Shown piece after piece: positions 45,701 to 60,700 of a stretch of 64,000 nt of DNA. The stretch covers positions 4,216,001 to 4,280,000 of the forward strand of contig OZ059894.1 of NCBI GenBank assembly GCA_964057225.1, written 5' to 3'. Each line of letters opens with the position of its first letter. Position 1 is the stretch's first letter. The notes under the pieces are model-generated. The model saw nothing but the letters and a program-made list of their open reading frames with translations. It was not told where the DNA came from and did not search any database. This DNA is from Auanema rhodensis. Taxonomy: Eukaryota > Animalia > Nematoda. The position numbers and the translations under genes were made by a program.

Positions 45701-48700
45701 CGATTTTCACCCTGAAGAATTAATTTTTTCGTTGAATAACATTGTCCATCGTCTTTGCCTTGAAAAATGGAATCTTAAAACATCTACTTTTTGCTAAATT
45801 ATTTTGAAATTTTTCGAAAAAATTTTTGTCAAAATGTTTTTGGAAGCAATGTTGAGTGTACATGGAAACTCAACATACACTAATGCATCATTTTTCTAAC
45901 GATCATAACTAATTTTTGTATTAAGCTTTTCTCAATGTAGTATAGTGCATTCGATGCGGATTTTTAAGCTGCGTCGATCTGTGTTATCAGATTTGCGCTA
46001 GCTTAAAAATGCACCGAGATATCAACTGATATAAGTTCACACTTATATCCTCGATTTTCACCCTGAAGAATTAATTTTTTCGTTGAATAACATTGTCCAT
46101 CGTCTTTGCCTTGAAAAATGGAATCTTAAAACATCTACTTTTTGCTAAATTATTTTGAAATTTTTCGAAAAAATTTTTGTCAAAATGTTTTTGGAAGCAA
46201 TGTTGAGTGTACATGGAAACTCAACATACACTAATGCATCATTTTTCTAACGATCATAACTAATTTTTGTATTAAGCTTTTCTCAATGTAGTATAGTGCA
46301 TTCGATGCGGATTTTTAAGCTGCGTCGATCTGTGTTATCAGATTTGCGCTAGCTTAAAAATGCACCGAGATATCAACTGATATAAGTTCACACTTATATC
46401 CTCGATTTTCACCCTGAAGAATTAATTTTTTCGTTGAATAACATTGTCCATCGTCTTTGCCTTGAAAAATGGAATCTTAAAACATCTACTTTTTGCTAAA
46501 TTATTTTGAAATTTTTCGAAAAAATTTTTGTCAAAATGTTTTTGGAAGCAATGTTGAGTGTACATGGAAACTCAACATACACTAATGCATCATTTTTCTA
46601 ACGATCATAACTAATTTTTGTATTAAGCTTTTCTCAATGTAGTATAGTGCATTCGATGCGGATTTTTAAGCTGCGTCGATCTGTGTTATCAGATTTGCGC
46701 TAGCTTAAAAATGCACCGAGATATCAACTGATATAAGTTCACACTTATATCCTCGATTTTCACCCTGAAGAATTAATTTTTTCGTTGAATAACATTGTCC
46801 ATCGTCTTTGCCTTGAAAAATGGAATCTTAAAACATCTACTTTTTGCTAAATTATTTTGAAATTTTTCGAAAAAATTTTTGTCAAAATGTTTTTGGAAGC
46901 AATGTTGAGTGTACATGGAAACTCAACATACACTAATGCATCATTTTTCAAACGATCATAACTAATTTTTGTATCAAGTGTTTCTCAATGTAATATAGTG
47001 CATTCGATGCGGATTTTTAAGCTGCGTCGATCTGTGTTATCAGATTTGCGCTAGCTTAAAAATGCACCGAGATATCAACTGATATAAGTTCACACTTATA
47101 TCCTCGATTTTCACCCTGAAGAATTAATTTTTTCGTTGAATAACATTGTCCATCGTCTTTGCCTTGAAAAATGGAATCTTAAAACATCTACTTTTTGCTA
47201 AATTATTTTGAAATTTTTCGAAAAAATTTTTGTCAAAATGTTTTTGGAAGCAATGTTGAGTGTACATGGAAACTCAACATACACTAATGCATCATTTTTC
47301 TAACGATCATAACTAATTTTTGTATTAAGCTTTTCTCAATGTAGTATAGTGCATTCGATGCGGATTTTTAAGCTGCGTCGATCTGTGTTATCAGATTTGC
47401 GCTAGCTTAAAAATGCACCGAGATATCAACTGATATAAGTTCACACTTATATCCTCGATTTTCACCCTGAAGAATTAATTTTTTCGTTGAATAACATTGT
47501 CCATCGTCTTTGCCTTGAAAAATGGAATCTTAAAACATCTACTTTTTGCTAAATTATTTTGAAATTTTTCGAAAAAATTTTTGTCAAAATGTTTTTGGAA
47601 GCAATGTTGAGTGTACATGGAAACTCAACATACACTAATGCATCATTTTTCAAACGATCATAACTAATTTTTGTATCAAGTGTTTCTCAATGTAATATAG
47701 TGCATTCGATGCGGATTTTTAAGCTGCGTCGATCTGTGTTATCAGATTTGCGCTAGCTTAAAAATGCACCGAGATATCAACTGATATAAGTTCACACTTA
47801 TATCCTCGATTTTCACCCTGAAGAATTAATTTTTTCGTTGAATAACATTGTCCATCGTCTTTGCCTTGAAAAATGGAATCTTAAAACATCTACTTTTTGC
47901 TAAATTATTTTGAAATTTTTCGAAAAAATTTTTGTCAAAATGTTTTTGGAAGCAATGTTGAGTGTACATGGAAACTCAACATACACTAATGCATCATTTT
48001 TCTAACGATCATAACTAATTTTTGTATTAAGCTTTTCTCAATGTAGTATAGTGCATTCGATGCGGATTTTTAAGCTGCGTCGATCTGTGTTATCAGATTT
48101 GCGCTAGCTTAAAAATGCACCGAGATATCAACTGATATAAGTTCACACTTATATCCTCGATTTTCACCCTGAAGAATTAATTTTTTCGTTGAATAACATT
48201 GTCCATCGTCTTTGCCTTGAAAAATGGAATCTTAAAACATCTACTTTTTGCTAAATTATTTTGAAATTTTTCGAAAAAATTTTTGTCAAAATGTTTTTGG
48301 AAGCAATGTTGAGTGTACATGGAAACTCAACATACACTAATGCATCATTTTTCAAACGATCATAACTAATTTTTGTATCAAGTGTTTCTCAATGTAATAT
48401 AGTGCATTCGATGCGGATTTTTAAGCTGCGTCGATCTGTGTTATCAGATTTGCGCTAGCTTAAAAATGCACCGAGATAACAACTGATATAAGTTCACACT
48501 TATATCCTCGATTTTCACCCTGAAGAATTAATTTTTTCGTTGAATAACATTGTCCATCGTCTTTGCCTTGAAAAATGGAATCTAAAAACATCTACTTTTT
48601 GCTAAATTATTTTGAAATTTTTCGAAACAATTTTTGTCAAAATGTTTTTGGAAGCAATGTTGAGTGTACATGGAAACTCAACATACACTAATGCATCATT

Positions 48701-51700
48701 TTTCAAACGGTCATAACTAATTTTTGTATCAAGCGTTTCTTAATGTAGTATAGTGCATTCGATCCGGATTTTTAAGCTGCGTCAATCTGTGTTATCAGAT
48801 TTGCGCTAGCTTAAAAATGCACCGAGATATCAACTGATATAAGTTCACACTTATATCCTCGATTTTCACCCTGAAGAAATAATTTTTTCGTTGAATAACA
48901 TTGTCCATCGTCTTTGCCTTGAAAAAAGGAATCTAAAAACATCTACTTTTTGCTAAATTATTTTGAAATTTTTCGAAAAAATTTTTGTCAAAATGTTTTT
49001 GGAAGCAATGTTGAGTGTACATGGAAACTCAACATACACTAATGCATCATTTTTCTAACGATCATAACTAATTTTTGTATTAAGCTTTTCTCAATGTAGT
49101 ATAGTGCATTCGATGCGGATTTTTAAGCTGCGTCGATCTGTGTTATCAGATTTGCGCTAGCTTAAAAATGCACCGAGATATCAACTGATATAAGTTCACA
49201 CTTATATCCTCGATTTTCACCCTAATGAATTAATTTTTTCGTTGAATAACATTGTCCATCGTCTTTGCCTTGAAAAATGGAATCTTAAAACATCTACTTT
49301 TTGCTAAATTATTTTGAAATTTTTCGAAAAAATTTTTGTCAAAATGTTTTTGGAAGCAATGTTGAGTGTACATGGAAACTCAACATACACTAATGCATCA
49401 TTTTTCTAACGATCATAACTAATTTTTGTATTAAGCTTTTCTCAATGTAGTATAGTGCATTCGATGCGGATTTTTAAGCTGCGTCGATCTGTGTTATCAG
49501 ATTTGCGCTAGCTTAAAAATGCACCGAGATATCAACTGATATAAGTTCACACTTATATCCTCGATTTTCACCCTGAAGAATTAATTTTTTCGTTGAATAA
49601 CATTGTCCATCATCTTTGCCTTGAAAAATGGAATCTTAAAACATCTACTTTTTGCTAAATTAATTTGAAATTTTTCGAAAAAATTTTTGTCAAAATGTTT
49701 TTGGAAGCAATGTTGAGTGTACATGGAAACTCAACATACACTAATGCATCATTTTTCAAACGATCATAACTAATTTTTGTATCAAGTGTTTCTCAATGTA
49801 ATATAGTGCATTCGATGCGGATTTTTAAGCTGCGTCGATCTGTGTTATCAGATTTGCGCTAGCTTAAAAATGCACCGAGATATCAACTGATATAAGTTCA
49901 CACTTATATCCTCGATTTTCACCCTGAAGAATTAATTTTTTCGTTGAATAACATTGTCCATCGTCTTTGCCTTGAAAAATGGAATCTAAAAACATCTACT
50001 TTTTGCTAAATTATTTTGAAATTTTTCGAAACAATTTTTGTCAAAATGTTTTTGGAAGCAATGTTGAGTGTACATGGAAACTCAACATACACTAATGCAT
50101 CATTTTTCAAACGGTCATAACTAATTTTTGTATCAAGCGTTTCTTAATGTAGTATAGTGCATTCGATCCGGATTTTTAAGCTGCGTCAATCTGTGTTATC
50201 AGATTTGCGCTAGCTTAAAAATGCACCGAGATATCAACTGATATAAGTTCACACTTATATCCTCGATTTTCACCCTGAAGAAATAATTTTTTCGTTGAAT
50301 AACATTGTCCATCGTCTTTGCCTTGAAAAAAGGAATCTAAAAACATCTACTTTTTGCTAAATTATTTTGAAATTTTTCGAAAAAATTTTTGTCAAAATGT
50401 TTTTGGAAGCAATGTTGAGTGTACATGGAAACTCAACATACACTAATGCATCATTTTTCTAACGATCATAACTAATTTTTGTATTAAGCTTTTCTCAATG
50501 TAGTATAGTGCATTCGATGCGGATTTTTAAGCTGCGTCGATCTGTGTTATCAGATTTGCGCTAGCTTAAAAATGCACCGAGATATCAACTGATATAAGTT
50601 CACACTTATATCCTCGATTTTCACCCTGAAGAAATAATTTTTTCGTTGAATAACATTGTCCATCGTCTTTGCCTTGAAAAAAGGAATCTAAAAACATCTA
50701 CTTTTTGCTAAATTATTTTGAAATTTTTCGAAAAAATTTTTGTCAAAATGTTTTTGGAAGCAATGTTGAGTGTACATGGAAACTCAACATACACTAATGC
50801 ATCATTTTTCTAACGATCATAACTAATTTTTGTATTAAGCTTTTCTCAATGTAGTATAGTGCATTCGATGCGGATTTTTAAGCTGCGTCGATCTGTGTTA
50901 TCAGATTTGCGCTAGCTTAAAAATGCACCGAGATATCAACTGATATAAGTTCACACTTATATCCTCGATTTTCACCCTGAAGAAATAATTTTTTCGTTGA
51001 ATAACATTGTCCATCGTCTTTGCCTTGAAAGAAGGAATCTAAAAACATCTACTTTTTGCTAAATTATTTTGAAATTTTTCGAAAAAATTTTTGTCAAAAT
51101 GTTTTTGGAAGCAATGTTGAGTGTACATGGAAACTCAACATACACTAATGCATCATTTTTCTAACGATCATAACTAATTTTTGTATTAAGCTTTTCTCAA
51201 TGTAGTATAGTGCATTCGATGCGGATTTTTAAGCTGCGTCGATCTGTGTTATCAGATTTGCGCTAGCTTAAAAATGCACCGAGATATCAACTGATATAAG
51301 TTCACACTTATATCCTCGATTTTCACCCTGAAGAATTAATTTTTTCGTTGAATAACATTGTCCATCGTCTTTGCCTTGAAAAATGGAATCTAAAAACATC
51401 TACTTTTTGCTAAATTATTTTGAAATTTTTCGAAAAAATTTTTGTCAAAATGTTTTTGGAAGCAATGTTGAGTGTACATGGAAACTCAACATACACTAAT
51501 GCATCATTTTTCAAACGATCATAACTAATTTTTGTATCAAGCGTTTCTCAATGTAATATAGTGCATTCGATGCGGATTTTTAAGCTGCGTCGATCTGTGT
51601 TATCAGATTTGCGCTAGCTTAAAAATGCACCGAGATATCAACTGATATAAGTTCACACTTATATCCTCGATTTTCACCCTGAAGAATTAATTTTTTCGTT

Positions 51701-54700
51701 GAATAACATTGTCCATCGTCTTTGCCTTGAAAAATGGAATCTTAAAACATCTAATTTTTGCTAAATTATTTTGAAATTTTTCGAAAAAATTTTTGTCAAA
51801 ATGTTTTTGGAAGCAATGTTGAGTGTACATGGAAACTCAACATACACTAATGCATCATTTTTCTAACGATCATAACTAATTTTTGTATTAAGCTTTTCTC
51901 AATGTAGTATAGTGCATTCGATGCGGATTTTTAAGCTGCGTCGATCTGTGTTATCAGATTTGCGCTAGCTTAAAGATGCACCGAGATATCAACTGATATA
52001 AGTTCACACTTATATCCTCGATTTTCACCCTGAAGAATTAATTTTTTCGTTGAATAACATTGTCCATCGTCTTTGCCTTGAAAAATGGAATCTTAAAACA
52101 TCTAATTTTTGCTAAATTATTTTGAAATTTTTCGAAAAAATTTTTGTCAAAATGTTTTTGGAAGCAATGTTGAGTGTACATGGAAACTCAACATACACTA
52201 ATGCATCATTTTTCAAACGATCATAACTAATTTTTCTATCAAGTGTTTCTCAATGTAATATAGTGCATTCGATGCGGATTTTTGAGCTGCGTCGATCTGT
52301 GTTATCAGATTTGCGCTAGCTTAAAAATGCACCGAGATATCAACTGATATAAGTTCACACTTATATCCTCGATTTTCACCCTGAAGAATTAATTTTTTCG
52401 TTGAATAACATTGTCCATCGTCTTTGCCTTGAAAAATGGAATCTAAAAACATCTACTTTTTGCTAAATTATTTTGAAATTTTTCGAAAAAATTTTTGTCA
52501 AAATGTTTTTGGAAGCAATGTTGAGTGTACATGGAAACTCAACATACACTAATGCATCATTTTTCAAACGATCATAACTAATTTTTGTATCAAGTTTTTC
52601 TCAATGTAGTATAGTGCATTCGATGCGGATTTTTAAGCTGCGTCGATCTGTGTTATCAGATTTGCGCTAGCTTAAAAATGCACCGAGATATCAACTGATA
52701 TAAGTTCACACTTATATCCTCGATTTTCACCCTGAAGAATTAATTTTTTCGTTGAATAACATTGTTCATCGTCTTTGCCTTGAAAAATGGAATCTTAAAA
52801 CATCTAATTTTTGCTAAATTATTTTGAAATTTTTCGAAAAAATTTTTGTCAAAATGTTTTTGGAAGCAATGTTGAGTGTACATGGAAACTCAACATACAC
52901 TAATGCATCATTTTTCAAACGATCATAACTAATTTTTGTATCAAGTGTTTCTCAATGTAATATAGTGCATTCGATGCGGATTTTTAAGCTGCGTCGATCT
53001 GTGTTATCAGATTTGCGCTAGCTTAAAAATGCACCGAGATATCAACTGATATAAGTTCACACTTATATCCTCGATTTTCACCCTGAAGAATTAATTTTTT
53101 CGTTGAATAACATTGTCCATCGTCTTTGCCTTGAAAAATGGAATCTAAAAACATCTACTTTTTGCTAAATTATTTTGAAATTTTTCGAAAAAATTTTTGT
53201 CAAAATGTTTTTGGAAGCAATGTTGAGTGTACATGGAAACTCAACATACACTAATGCATCATTTTTCTAACGATCATAACTAATTTTTGTATTTAGCTTT
53301 TCTCAATGTAGTATAGTGCATTCGATGCGGATTTTTAAGCTGCGTCGATCTGTGTTATCAGATTTGCGCTAGCTTAAAAATGCACCGAGATATCAACTGA
53401 TATAAGTTCACACTTATATCCTCGATTTTCACCCTGAAGAATTAATTTTTTCGTTGAATAACATTGTCCATCGTCTTTGCCTTGAAAAATGGAATCTTAA
53501 AACATCTAATTTTTGCTAAATTATTTTGAAATTTTTCGAAAAAATTTTTGTCAAAATGTTTTTGGAAGCAATGTTGAGTGTACATGGAAACTCAACATAC
53601 ACTAATGCATCATTTTTCAAACGATCATAACTAATTTTTGTATCAAGTGTTTCTCAATGTAATATAGTGCATTCGATGCGGATTTTTGAGCTGCGTCGAT
53701 CTGTGTTATCAGATTTGCGCTAGCTTAAAAATGCACCGAGATATCAACTGATATAAGTTCACACTTATATCCTCGATTTTCACCCTGAAGAATTAATTTT
53801 TTCGTTGAATAACATTGTCCATCGTCTTTGCCTTGAAAAATGGAATCTAAAAACATCTACTTTTTGCTAAATTATTTTGAAATTTTTCGAAAAAATTTTT
53901 GTCAAAATGTTTTTGGAAGCAATGTTGAGTGTACATGGAAACTCAACATACACTAATGCATCATTTTTCAAACGATCATAACTAATTTTTGTATCAAGTT
54001 TTTCTCAATGTAGTATAGTGCATTCGATGCGGATTTTTAAGCTGCGTCGATCTGTGTTATCAGATTTGCGCTAGCTTAAAAATGCACCGAGATATCAACT
54101 GATATAAGTTCACACTTATATCCTCGATTTTCACCCTGAAGAATTAATTTTTTCGTTGAATAACATTGTTCATCGTCTTTGCCTTGAAAAATGGAATCTT
54201 AAAACATCTAATTTTTGCTAAATTATTTTGAAATTTTTCGAAAAAATTTTTGTCAAAATGTTTTTGGAAGCAATGTTGAGTGTACATGGAAACTCAACAT
54301 ACACTAATGCATCATTTTTCAAACGATCATAACTAATTTTTGTATCAAGTGTTTCTCAATGTAATATAGTGCATTCGATGCGGATTTTTAAGCTGCGTCG
54401 ATCTGTGTTATCAGATTTGCGCTAGCTTAAAAATGCACCGAGATATCAACTGATATAAGTTCACACTTATATCCTCGATTTTCACCCTGAAGAATTAATT
54501 TTTTCGTTGAATAACATTGTCCATCGTCTTTGCCTTGAAAAATGGAATCTAAAAACATCTACTTTTTGCTAAATTATTTTGAAATTTTTCGAAAAAATTT
54601 TTGTCAAAATGTTTTTGGAAGCAATGTTGAGTGTACATGGAAACTCAACATACACTAATGCATCATTTTTCAAACGATCATAACTAATTTTTGTATCAAG

Positions 54701-57700
54701 CGTTTTTCAATGTAGTATAGTGCATTCGATGCGGAGTTTTAAGCTGCGTCGATCTGTGTTATCAGATTTGCGCTAGCTTAAAAATGCACCGAGATATCAA
54801 CTGATATAAGTTCACACTTATATCCTCGATTTTCACCCTGAAGAATTAATTTTTTCGTTGAATAACATTGTCCATCGTCTTTGCCTTGAAAAATGGAATC
54901 TAAAAACATCTACTTTTTGCTAAATTATTTTGAAATTTTTCGAAAAAATTTTTGTCAAAATGTTTTTGGAAGCAATGTTGAGTGTACATGGAAACTCAAC
55001 ATACACTAATGCATCATTTTTCAAACGATCATAACTAATTTTTGTATCAAGCGTTTTTCAATGTAGTATAGTGCATTCGATGCGGAGTTTTAAGCTGCGT
55101 CGATCTGTGTTATCAGATTTGCGCTAGCTTAAAAATGCACCGAGATATCAACTGATATAAGTTCACACTTATATCCTCGATTTTCACCCTGAAGAAATAA
55201 TTTTTTCGTTGAATATTATTGTCCATCGTCTTTGCCTTAAAAAATGGAATCTTGAAACATCTACTTTTTGCTAAATTATTTAGAAATTTTTCGAAAAAAT
55301 TTTTGTCAAAATGTTTTTGGAAGCAATGTTGAGTGTATATGGAAACTCAACATACACTAATGCATCATTTTTCAAACGATCATAACTAATTTTTGTATCA
55401 AGTGTTTCTCAATGTAATATAGTGCATTCGATGCGGATTTTTAAGCTGCGTCGATCTGTGTTATCAGATTTGCGCTAGCTTAAAAATGCACCGAGATATC
55501 AACTGATATAAGTTCACACTTATATCCTCGATTTTCACCCTGAAGAATTAATTTTTTCGTTGAATAACATTGTCCATCGTCTTTGCCTTGAAAAATGGAA
55601 TCTAAAAACATCTACTTTTTGCTAAATTATTTTGAAATTTTTCGAAAAAATTTTGGTCAAAATGTTTTTGGAAGCAATGTTGAGTGTACATGGAAACTCA
55701 ACATACACTAATGCATCATTTTTCAAACGATCATAACTAATTTTTGTATCAAGCGTTTTTCAATGTAGTATAGTGCATTCGATGCGGATTTTTAAGCTGC
55801 GTCGATCTGTGTTATCAGATTTGCGCTAGCTTAAAAATGCACCGAGATATCAACTGATATAAGTTCACACTTATATCCTCGATTTTCACCCTGAAGAATT
55901 AATTTTTTCGTTGAATAACATTGTCCATCGTCTTTGCCTTGAAAAATGGAATCTAAAAACATCTACTTTTTGCTAAATTATTTTGAAATTTTTCGAAACA
56001 ATTTTTGTCAAAATGTTTTTGGAAGCAATGTTGAGTGTACATGGAAACTCAACATACACTAATGCATCATTTTTCAAACGGTCATAACTAATTTTTGTAT
56101 CAAGCGTTTCTTAATGTAGTATAGTGCATTCGATCCGGATTTTTAAGCTGCGTCAATCTGTGTTATCAGATTTGCGCTAGCTTAAAAATGCACCGAGATA
56201 TCAACTGATATAAGTTCACACTTATATCCTCGATTTTCACCCTGAAGAAATAATTTTTTCGTTGAATAACATTGTCCATCGTCTTTGCCTTGAAAAAAGG
56301 AATCTAAAAACATTTAATTTTTGCTGAATTATTTTGAAATTTTTCGAAAAAATTTTTGTCAAAATGTTTTTGGAAGCAATGTTGAGTGTACATGGAAACT
56401 CAACATACACTAATGCATCATTTTTCTAACGATCATAACTAATTTTTGTATTAAGCTTTTCTCAATGTAGTATAGTGCATTCGATGCGGATTTTTAAGCT
56501 GCGTCGATCTGTGTTATCAGATTTGCTCTAGCTTAAAAATGCACCGAGATATCAACTGATATAAGTTCACACTTATATCCTCGATTTTCACCCTGAAGAA
56601 TTAATTTTTTCGTTGAATAACATTGTCCATCGTCTTTGCCTTGAAAAATGGAATCTTAAAACATCTACTTTTTGCTAAATTATTTTGAAATTTTTCGAAA
56701 AAATTTTTGTCAAAATGTTTTTGGAAGCAATGTTGAGTGTACATGGAAACTCAACATACACTAATGCATCATTTTTCAAACGATCATAACTAATTTTTGT
56801 ATTAAGCGTTTTTCAATGTAGTATAGTGCATTCGATGCGGATTTCTAAGCTGCGTCGATCTGTGTTATCAGATTTGCGCTAGCTTAAAAATGCACCGAGA
56901 TATCAACTGATATAAGTTCACACTTATATCCTCGATTTTCATCCTGAAGAATTAATTTTTTCGTTGAATAACATTGTCCATCGTCTTTGCCTTGAAAAAT
57001 GGAATCTTAAAACATCTACTTTTTGCTAAATTATTTTGAAATTTTTCGAAAAAATTTTTGTCAAAATGTTTTTGGAAGCAATGTTGAGTGTACATGGAAA
57101 CTCAACATACACTAATGCATCATTTTTCAAACGATCATAACTAATTTTTGTATTATGCGTTTTTCAATGTAGTATAGTGCATTCGATGCGGATTTTCAAG
57201 CTGCGTCGATCTGTGTTATCAGATTTGCGCTAGCTTAAAAATGCACCGAGATATCAACTGATATAAGTTCACACTTATATCCTCGATTTTCACCCTGAAG
57301 AATTAATTTTTTCGTTGAATAACATTGTCCATCGTCTTTGCCTTGAAAAATGGAATCTTAAAACATCTAATTTTTGCTAAATTATTTTGAAATTTTTCGA
57401 AAAAATTTTTGTCAAAATGTTTTTGGAAGCAATGTTGAGTGTACATGGAAACTCAACATACACTAATGCATCATTTTTCAAACGATCATAACTAATTTTT
57501 GTATCAAGTGTTTCTCAATGTAATATAGTGCATTCGATGCGGATTTTTAAGCTGCGTCGATCTGTGTTATCAGATTTGCGCTAGCTTAAAAATGCACCGA
57601 GATATCAACTGATATAAGTTCACACTTATATCCTCGATTTTCACCCTGAAGAATTAATTTTTTCGTTGAATAACATTGTCCATCCTCTTTGCCTTGAAAA

Positions 57701-60700
57701 ATGGAATCTAAAAACATCTACTTTTTGCTAAATTATTTTGAAATTTTTCGAAAAAATTTTTGTCAAAATGTTTTTGGAAGCAATGTTGAGTGTACATGGA
57801 AACTCAACATACACTAATGCATCATTTTTCAAACGATCATAACTAATTTTTGTATCAAGCGTTTTTCAATGTTGTATAGTGCATTCGATGCGGAGTTTTA
57901 AGCTGCGTCGATCTGTGTTATCAGATTTGCGCTAGCTTAAAAATGCACCGAGATATCAACTGATATAAGTTCACACTTATATCCTCGATTTTCACCCTGA
58001 AGAAATAATTTTTTCGTTGAATATTATTGTCCATCGTCTTTGCCTTGAAAAATGGAATCTTGAAACATCTACTTTTTGCTAAATTATTTAGAAATTTTTC
58101 GAAAAAATTTTTGTCAAAATGTTTTTGGAAGCAATGTTGAGTGTACATGGAAACTCAACATACACTAATGCATCATTTTTCAAACGATCATAACTAATTT
58201 TTGTATCAAGTGTTTCTCAATGTAATATAGTGCATTCGATGCGGATTTTTAAGCTGCGTCGATCTGTGTTATCAGATTTGCGCTAGCTTAAAAATGCACC
58301 GAGATATCAACTGATATAAGTTCACACTTATATCCTCGATTTTCACCCTGAAGAATTAATTTTTTCGTTGAATAACATTGTCCATCGTCTTTGCCTTGAA
58401 AAATGGAATCTAAAAACATCTACTTTTTGCTAAATTATTTTGAAATTTTTCGAAAAAATTTTTGTCAAAATGTTTTTGGAAGCAATGTTGAGTGTACATG
58501 GAAACTCAACATACACTAATGCATCATTTTTCAAACGGTCATAACTAATTTTTGTATCAAGCGTTTCTTAATGTAGTATAGTGCATTCGATCCGGATTTT
58601 TAAGCTGCGTCAATCTGTGTTATCAGATTTGCGCTAGCTTAAAAATGCACCGAGATATCAACTGATATAAGTTCACACTTATATCCTCGATTTTCACCCT
58701 GAAGAATTAATTTTTTCGTTGAATAACATTGTCCATCGTCTTTGCCTTGAAAAATGGAATCTAAAAACATCTACTTTTTGCTAAATTATTTTGAAATTTT
58801 TCGAAAAAATTTTTGTCAAAATGTTTTTGGAAGCAATGTTGAGTGTACATGGAAACTCAACATACACTAATGCATCATTTTTCAAACGATCATAACTAAT
58901 TTTTGTATCAAGCGTTTTTCAATGTAGTATAGTGCATTCGATGCGGAGTTTTAAGCTGCGTCGATCTGTGTTATCAGATTTGCGCTAGCTTAAAAATGCA
59001 CCGAGATATCAACTGATATAAGTTCACACTTATATCCTCGATTTTCACCCTGAAGAAATAATTTTTTCGTTGAATATTATTGTCCATCGTCTTTGCCTTG
59101 AAAAATGGAATCTTGAAACATCTACTTTTTGCTAAATTATTTAGAAATTTTTCGAAAAAATTTTTGTCAAAATGTTTTTGGAAGCAATGTTGAGTGTACA
59201 TGGAAACTCAACATACACTAATGCATCATTTTTCAAACGATCATAACTAATTTTTGTATCAAGTGTTTCTCAATGTAATATAGTGCATTCGATGCGGATT
59301 TTTAAGCTGCGTCGATCTGTGTTATCAGATTTGCGCTAGCTTAAAAATGCACCGAGATATCAACTGATATAAGTTCACACTTATATCCTCGATTTTCACC
59401 CTGAAGAATTAATTTTTTCGTTGAATAACATTGTCCATCGTCTTTGCCTTGAAAAATGGAATCTAAAAACATCTACTTTTTGCTAAATTATTTTGAAATT
59501 TTTCGAAAAAATTTTTGTCAAAATGTTTTTGGAAGCAATGTTGAGTGTACATGGAAACTCAACATACACTAATGCATCATTTTTCAAACGATCATAACTA
59601 ATTTTTGTATCAAGCGTTTTTCAATGTAGTATAGTGCATTCGATGCGGATTTTTAAGCTGCGTCGATCTGTGTTATCAGATTTGCGCTAGCTTAAAAATG
59701 CACCGAGATATCAACTGATATAAGTTCACACTTATATCCTCGATTTTCACCCTGAAGAAATAATTTTTTCGTTGAATATTATTGTCCATCGTCTTTGCCT
59801 TGAAAAATGGAATCTTGAAACATCTACTTTTTGCTAAATTATTTTGAAATTTTTTGAAAAAATTTTTGTCAAAATGTTTTTGGAAGCAATGTTGAGTGTA
59901 CATGGAAACTCAACATACACTAATGCATCATTTTTCAAACGATCATAACTAATTTTTGTATCAAGTGTTTCTCAATGTAATATAGTGCATTCGATGCGGA
60001 TTTTTAAGCTGCGTCGATCTGTGTTATCAGATTTGCGCTAGCTTAAAAATGCACCGAGATATCAACTGATATAAGTTCACACTTATATCCTCGATTTTCA
60101 CCCTGAAGAATTAATTTTTTCGTTGAATAACATTGTCATCGTCTTTGCCTTGAAAAATGGAATCTAAAAACATCTACTTTTTGCTAAATTATTTTGAAAT
60201 TTTTCGAAACAATTTTTGTCAAAATGTTTTTGGAAGCAATGTTGAGTGTACATGGAAACTCAACATACACTAATGCATCATTTTTCAAACGGTCATAACT
60301 AATTTTTGTATCAAGCGTTTCTTAATGTAGTATAGTGCATTCGATCCGGATTTTTAAGCTGCGTCAATCTGTGTTATCAGATTTGCGCTAGCTTAAAAAT
60401 GCACCGAGATATCAACTGATATAAGTTCACACTTATATCCTCGATTTTCACCCTGAAGAATTAATTTTTTCGTTGAATAACATTGTCCATCGTCTTTGCC
60501 TTGAAAAATGGAATCTAAAAACATCTACTTTTTGCTAAATTATTTTGAAATTTTTCGAAAAAATTTTGGTCAAAATGTTTTTGGAAGCAATGTTGAGTGT
60601 ACATGGAAACTCAACATACACTAATGCATCATTTTTCAAACGATCATAACTAATTTTTGTATCAAGCGTTTTTCAATGTAGTATAGTGCATTCGATGCGG